The position numbers were made by a program, and so were the translations under genes. A DNA stretch of 64,000 nucleotides from an uncultured delta proteobacterium (lineage in GTDB: Bacteria > Desulfobacterota > Binatia > UBA9968), in contig CAWFJP010000004.1 of NCBI GenBank assembly GCA_963816145.1, forward strand, positions 448,001 through 512,000, written 5' to 3'. The notes under the pieces are model-generated. The model had not been told where the DNA came from. It did not search any database and saw only the letters and a program-made list of their open reading frames with translations. Below are positions 59,856 to 64,000 of this stretch, one piece after another (position 1 is the first letter of the stretch; every line of letters begins with the position of its first letter).

Positions 59856-60257
59856 CTACGGCAACCTGATGTTTTCTACGGTGATTCCGAGGGATGGAGC
59901 GCGGGATAGCGGGCCATCGGCTGTGAGCAGCGTTGCATTGGCGATACGCGCAGCGGCGACGTAAAAAGCATCGTACGCACTGACGTTGTTCCGGTGTTGC
60001 CATGCAACTCGGAGAAGTGGCAGATGGGGAATCCGATCGACACTCCAATCCATTAGGTCATCGAGCGCGAGTGAGGCGCGGTGGTCAGAAAGCTCGCCGC
60101 GAAGCACCGCGCGTCTTAGTACCGACATCACTTCGACATCCAACAATTCGGGCGCCAGTAGCGTTGCGTCTTCAAGGATGTCGACCAATTTCAGCCCCAA
60201 CGGCGTTCGCAGCAGATATTCCGTAGCCGCCGACGCATCGATGACGTAACGGCTCAC
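59856..60257 (-). CDS. vapC: VapC PIN-domain toxin
   Basis: YVIDASA; APELLDVEV; SAYDAFYVA; LLTAD. Confidence 0.9.
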   Translation of the reverse strand: MSRYVIDASAATEYLLRTPLGLKLVDILEDATLLAPELLDVEVMSVLRRAVLRGELSDHRASLALDDLMDWSVDRIPHLPLLRVAWQHRNNVSAYDAFYVAAARIANATLLTADGPLSRAPSLGITVENIRLP

Positions 60258-60487
60258 GGCAGATCGTTACCGCGCTGCCGGCGTTCCTCCTCAAGCAGCG
60301 CTGCTGCCGAGGTGCCGAGCGTGGTCGCCGGGCGGGTGGAGAAGCGTTTGTGCCATTCCCGGCGCGCCACTTCCCGCTCGATTGCTTCCAAGACGATATC
60401 GCCAAGCGTGCATTCCTGCTGGCGCGCGTATCGGCGCAGCTGGTTATGCAGCTTTTGCGGTATGTTTTTGACTTGAATATTCGCCAT
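60254..60487 (-). CDS. FitA-like ribbon-helix-helix antitoxin
   Basis: MANIQVKNIPQKLHNQLRRYA; overlaps the vapC start. Confidence 0.85.
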   Translation of the reverse strand: MANIQVKNIPQKLHNQLRRYARQQECTLGDIVLEAIEREVARREWHKRFSTRPATTLGTSAAALLEEERRQRGNDLP

Positions 60488-60626
60488 GTCGGAGATTAGC
60501 ATGCCGCGGGCATGCTGGCAATCGCGAGGTGAAATCGGCCAGCGGATGCTAGCGGGTCAACTGGTGGCGATTACGGACCAGCCACTGTTGCGTGGCGCAA
60601 CAGGCGAAAGTTCAGATGGTAAAGGC

Positions 60627-60887
60627 GCGGCAGAAATAGCGGCCCAGGTGGCATCGGGCGCCACTTGCGTGCCGAATACATTTTATATCGGATCGGCTTT
60701 TCTCGCGGTGCTGCACTGCAAGGTGGCAAAGGAAAATGATTCGCCGCTCGAGCGGATGTTCGCCGACTTCGGCGCGACGCCGTTCGCCAAGACCGTTCCA
60801 GTGATCGACGGCGGAATCGAAGTTCCGCAAGCCCTAGGTCTCGGCGCGAACCCGGACGACGACCTGATTACTCGGTTCAGAGTGTAA
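60627..60887 (+). pseudogene. Diverged 3' fragment duplicate of the mandelate racemase-family gene
   Basis: GATCVPNTFYIGSAFLAVLHC...LITRFRV* parallels 59491-59754; homology continues into the downstream DNA. Confidence 0.88.
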
Positions 60888-60945
60888 GTCCGCTCTGTCC
60901 AAGCACAGCGCCTCCGCTTCCGCGGCCATCGTAATGTGAATAAAT

Positions 60946-62978
60946 GTAGGGTCGAGGACTGGCGCGGTATCTCGTAGGTGAAACCTATCTGTTACCGTCT
61001 CTTTCGTCTGACGGTGCCTCACTAGCTCCACCGTAAACCCGTTTCCAGCCCCCGCCACCTCAAACCGGACGTGACCCTTTCGGTCATCCGGCTTTCCTGC
61101 GTCTGTTCGTCGGCGGCGCTATCTGCCTAGCGCGCTGGAGACACTTTCACCGGCGATCGATAGAAGTACTGGACACGATAATCGTCAACCAGTCCCCATT
61201 CTTTGTAGATCGCCTCGTTACTCCATCTCTTCCAGCCACAGCCAGGGCGGCCTTTCTGTTTCATTGCAAACCGGCGTATCTGCCTCATGATCGCAAAGCG
61301 TATCCAATCAAACGCCCGGCGCGAGTTGCCCACTCGGAAGTAGTGCACCCAGCCCACTATCACAGGCCGGATCTTTTCCAGGACTTCCTTGGTTGAACAA
61401 TGCCGGGAGTATTTCAAGATGTGTCTGACTCGCTTGAGCAGCTCACTCTGCTTCTTTGTCTTCGGGGTCCGCAACACGAACCGCTTGCCGAACCGATTGT
61501 GCGCCGCTCTGAAATCAAATCCCAGAAAACCAAAGCTCGCGCCGCTACCGAAGTCCACCACCTTGGTCTTTTCTTCGTTGATCTCAATCGCCACTTTCTT
61601 CAGCTCTTGGTCCAACCGCTTCTGGATCATCCCCACGTGCGGTTGCCATTGCGGATAACCATCGACCAAAATCACCATGTCATCCGCATAGCGGGTGTAC
61701 ACCACCCGTTCCCATCGCCCTTCTCTTCGCCGCTTGGCCGTTTCTTCTTCCATCGCTTGGTCCAATTCGTTTAAATACAAATTGGCCAATAGCGGTGATA
61801 GCACTCCCCCTTGCGGAACTCCTTTGGCTCCGTTGACCTTCAGGATCTGCTTGACCAGATGAAGGATTTGGGGGTCTTGCACTCTGCGAGCTAGCTTCTG
61901 AAGTAGAAGATGATGGCGAACGTTGTCGAAATAGCTCTTGAGATCAACGTCGAGGACTCGGCTGAGCCCTTGCACCAGCCCGTGAACCACGCGATCGAGC
62001 GCTTGGTGCGCTGTCCGTTTGGGCCGGTACGCAAAAGAACTGGTGTGAAAATCAGCTTCAAAGATCGCCTCCAAGATCAGCTTCACGGCTCCCTGGACCA
62101 CTCGATCTTTGATGGTGGGTATTCCCAACCGGCGCGTCTTGCCATTCCCTTTGGGAATTTCCGCCCGCCGATTCTTGCTCGGCTTGTAACTGCGTGTGAG
62201 AAGTTCTTCGCGTATGGCGCTTAGGAACTTCTCCACGCCGCGGGCCTCGATCAACGCAAAACTTTCCCCATCGATCCCCACCGTCCCATCATTCGCTTTG
62301 GCTTGCTGATACGCCGCTCTTAAGGTCTCCATCTTGATCACGTGAACGTAGAGACCCCAAAACCGCCACTGCTTCTCGGCTTTCGCCTTTCGATATATCC
62401 TTCGCCTCAGTTCTTGCAGATTAACGGAAGACTTTATCATCTCTTCCCTGCCTCACCTTGCGGTCGAAAGAATCAAACCCAGCATGGCCCCTTCGCTCCA
62501 TCCGCATTACCAGACTTCACCGCTACTACGGGCCACTCCGCCATCCTGCTGCCTTCGTCCCCTTTCCTGTCTCCAGTTATAGGGCCGACCTGCTCCGCAG
62601 ATTTCTCCACGGGGCATACAGGACTTCTCCAGTTTCTGTCGTGCCCTTGTGACCGTGTCGCCGCCAATACCCCGCCGGTGTGGAACTATCCCCTATGCCA
62701 GTCTGACATAGCCCATGCTGTCTTCGCCGAATTTTGAGCGGCTCGACCACCGAAAACTAACCCATCCTTAACGAGGCTTGCTCAGCGTTTACTCACGTTG
62801 CAACCCGGTCACTCGCTCATCAGCCCGAAGCTGACTTTGTCGGTAGGCTCCAGCATCTCGATTGCTCTCCATGCTGCTACCCAAGCTAGGCGGCTCCTGG
62901 CTCTTACCGCCGCGGGACTTCCCTCACCTAACTGACAGTTCACCCTATGGTCCACGACAGCTTTTCATCTGGACACGC
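60946..62978 (-). mobile_element. Complete group II intron (IIB-like, AGC triad, long domain VI)
   Basis: Domain V AAGCCGGATGACCGAAAGGGTCACGTCCGGTTT (~61062-61094); 3' end ...CCTCGACCCTAC; 5' end GCGTGTCCAG; both boundaries fixed by alignment to the empty homolog at 59808. Confidence 0.92.
61127..62440 (-). CDS. ltrA: Group II intron reverse transcriptase/maturase (no endonuclease domain)
   Basis: GIDG; IPKGNGKTRRLGIPTIKDRVVQ; GVPQGGVLSPLLANLYL; RYADD; FLGFDF; GWVHYF thumb/X domain; 437 aa. Confidence 0.95.
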   Translation of the reverse strand: MIKSSVNLQELRRRIYRKAKAEKQWRFWGLYVHVIKMETLRAAYQQAKANDGTVGIDGESFALIEARGVEKFLSAIREELLTRSYKPSKNRRAEIPKGNGKTRRLGIPTIKDRVVQGAVKLILEAIFEADFHTSSFAYRPKRTAHQALDRVVHGLVQGLSRVLDVDLKSYFDNVRHHLLLQKLARRVQDPQILHLVKQILKVNGAKGVPQGGVLSPLLANLYLNELDQAMEEETAKRRREGRWERVVYTRYADDMVILVDGYPQWQPHVGMIQKRLDQELKKVAIEINEEKTKVVDFGSGASFGFLGFDFRAAHNRFGKRFVLRTPKTKKQSELLKRVRHILKYSRHCSTKEVLEKIRPVIVGWVHYFRVGNSRRAFDWIRFAIMRQIRRFAMKQKGRPGCGWKRWSNEAIYKEWGLVDDYRVQYFYRSPVKVSPAR

Positions 62979-63286
62979 CAATACTCAGGCCTGACCCCGC
63001 TGTTTGCCGCTGCTTGACCCCCCTCTTGGGCTGTTCGGTCATGCGATCGCGGGGACATCGATAAAGAATCTCTCGAAGTAGGGTTTGCACTTCAAAGGTT
63101 CCAACGATTTGGCTGGTGAGCCACGGTTCAGACAAGAGAAGACTTCCGACCGCGTTTCTGGGCTCGTGACGAGTGTCTCGGTCATAAGTAAGGATGCGAC
63201 CGTTGTTTGCTCTCGAAAGTCGGATTATAAAAATATGCCGCCGTTTCCGAGCTGAGAGTCTAACCCCGGCTCATGCTTTGTGAGCC

Positions 63287-64000
63287 TCAATGAAGTCGAG
63301 TCAGCACATAGAACGAGAAGTTGTCGGATGAATCCTGTTCGCCGACCTGAATTTCATTCAATGTCTCAGATATGATCATGATTGCGCGCTTCTGGTTGAG
63401 CATGTCTGTCAACAAAGATGACGAAACAAATGTCGTCGTGATCTCTTTGCGGGTGACGGTAGAATCAACTGCGTGACCGAGAATCTTTCCGTTGTAACTA
63501 ACCCGATACTTTTCGGGGGTTGGGAGGGACGGAGGTTTGCCGAAGAGCGCCTCGCTTAGCCTGAGACCCGAACTCGACACCTCGTAATTTCCCTCGGCAA
63601 CGAACACGTTTCCTTTAATCGTTATTCGAAGTTCACAATTTGGACCTCGCCACCGCCCAACGTGTTCAACTATGTCATCTTGTGCAGCTGCAAGACCATA
63701 TTCTCTATAGAAATCGCTTAAGGGTCTTGCTTTGTCTAACACTACATTTTCCTTATTCTGTTCCTCGATTGGTACGACTTTGATTCTTGCGATCGCGTGG
63801 CCAATATTCTGATGATAATCAGTCATCTTGATTGCCCGATCGCAAATTTCAGTTGCTTCTGCAAGAAACCCTGATTTGATTAGTTTTTGCGCAAGATTAC
63901 TCATCGCTAAGGTTTCCCCAAGGGCCTCAGCTTTTCTATAGGCATCTACAGACTTGCTTGGAAGATCCGACACATCAAATTGGACTCCGAGATTGTTCCA
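63287..64000 (-). CDS. TPR-containing hypothetical protein (5' end outside the window)
   Basis: Frame is open to the window edge, reading WNNLGVQF...AMSNLAQKLI...AEATEIC; lower GC than the core genes. Confidence 0.65.
   Translation of the reverse strand, partial: WNNLGVQFDVSDLPSKSVDAYRKAEALGETLAMSNLAQKLIKSGFLAEATEICDRAIKMTDYHQNIGHAIARIKVVPIEEQNKENVVLDKARPLSDFYREYGLAAAQDDIVEHVGRWRGPNCELRITIKGNVFVAEGNYEVSSSGLRLSEALFGKPPSLPTPEKYRVSYNGKILGHAVDSTVTRKEITTTFVSSSLLTDMLNQKRAIMIISETLNEIQVGEQDSSDNFSFYVLTRLH

Noticed and set aside
59491-62440. Diversity-generating retroelement (RT next to a duplicated gene 3' end)
   Set aside because: Differences between the copies are largely synonymous and involve all bases, not adenine-specific; the RT is a YADD maturase inside a full intron with domains V and VI
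61127-62440. Retron or defence-associated RT working with the nearby toxins
   Set aside because: Group II intron RNA structure and an X/thumb domain are present; no VTG motif or msr-msd repeats were seen; each vapC has its own antitoxin
63210-63226. IS-end-like sequence CTCTCGAAAGTCGGATT
   Set aside because: No partner end or transposase remnant could be identified nearby
52500-63300. Classical integron with attC sites
   Set aside because: No IntI tyrosine recombinase and no convincing RYYYAAC...GTTRRRY attC structures

Overview
A GC-rich bacterial window. The gene content (many NMT1/THI5-type binding proteins, Rieske oxygenases, ComDE-like pairs, stand-alone A-PCP proteins) resembles uncultured Candidatus Binatia-type genomes; this is inference only. 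Layout: (1) 1.8-6 kb, a sigma54-controlled stress/envelope module around tRNA-Val(CAC). (2) 6.5-10 kb, an adenylation-carrier gene inserted between a truncated and an intact copy of a Rieske gene. (3) 10-41 kb, a large, mostly co-oriented aromatic/organic-acid catabolic cluster: four Rieske oxygenases, UbiD, LigB, LigK/RraA, aldolases, two ThDP pairs, a molybdoenzyme and many binding proteins, with palindromic and short tandem repeats between genes. (4) 41-52 kb, mostly housekeeping genes (amidase, aminotransferase, MFS, ettA). (5) 52.5-64 kb, an accessory region with an unusual A-PCP-ATP-grasp protein, IS1634 and RAYT-type transposase remnants, two vapBC loci, a duplicated enolase-superfamily gene and a complete group II intron. 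The strongest novelty candidate is a ~25-bp site (TAAGTCAAwACTCAGGCCTGAyCCC) that recurs at cassette-like boundaries. The intron has inserted precisely into one copy, and its EBS1 loop is complementary to that site.
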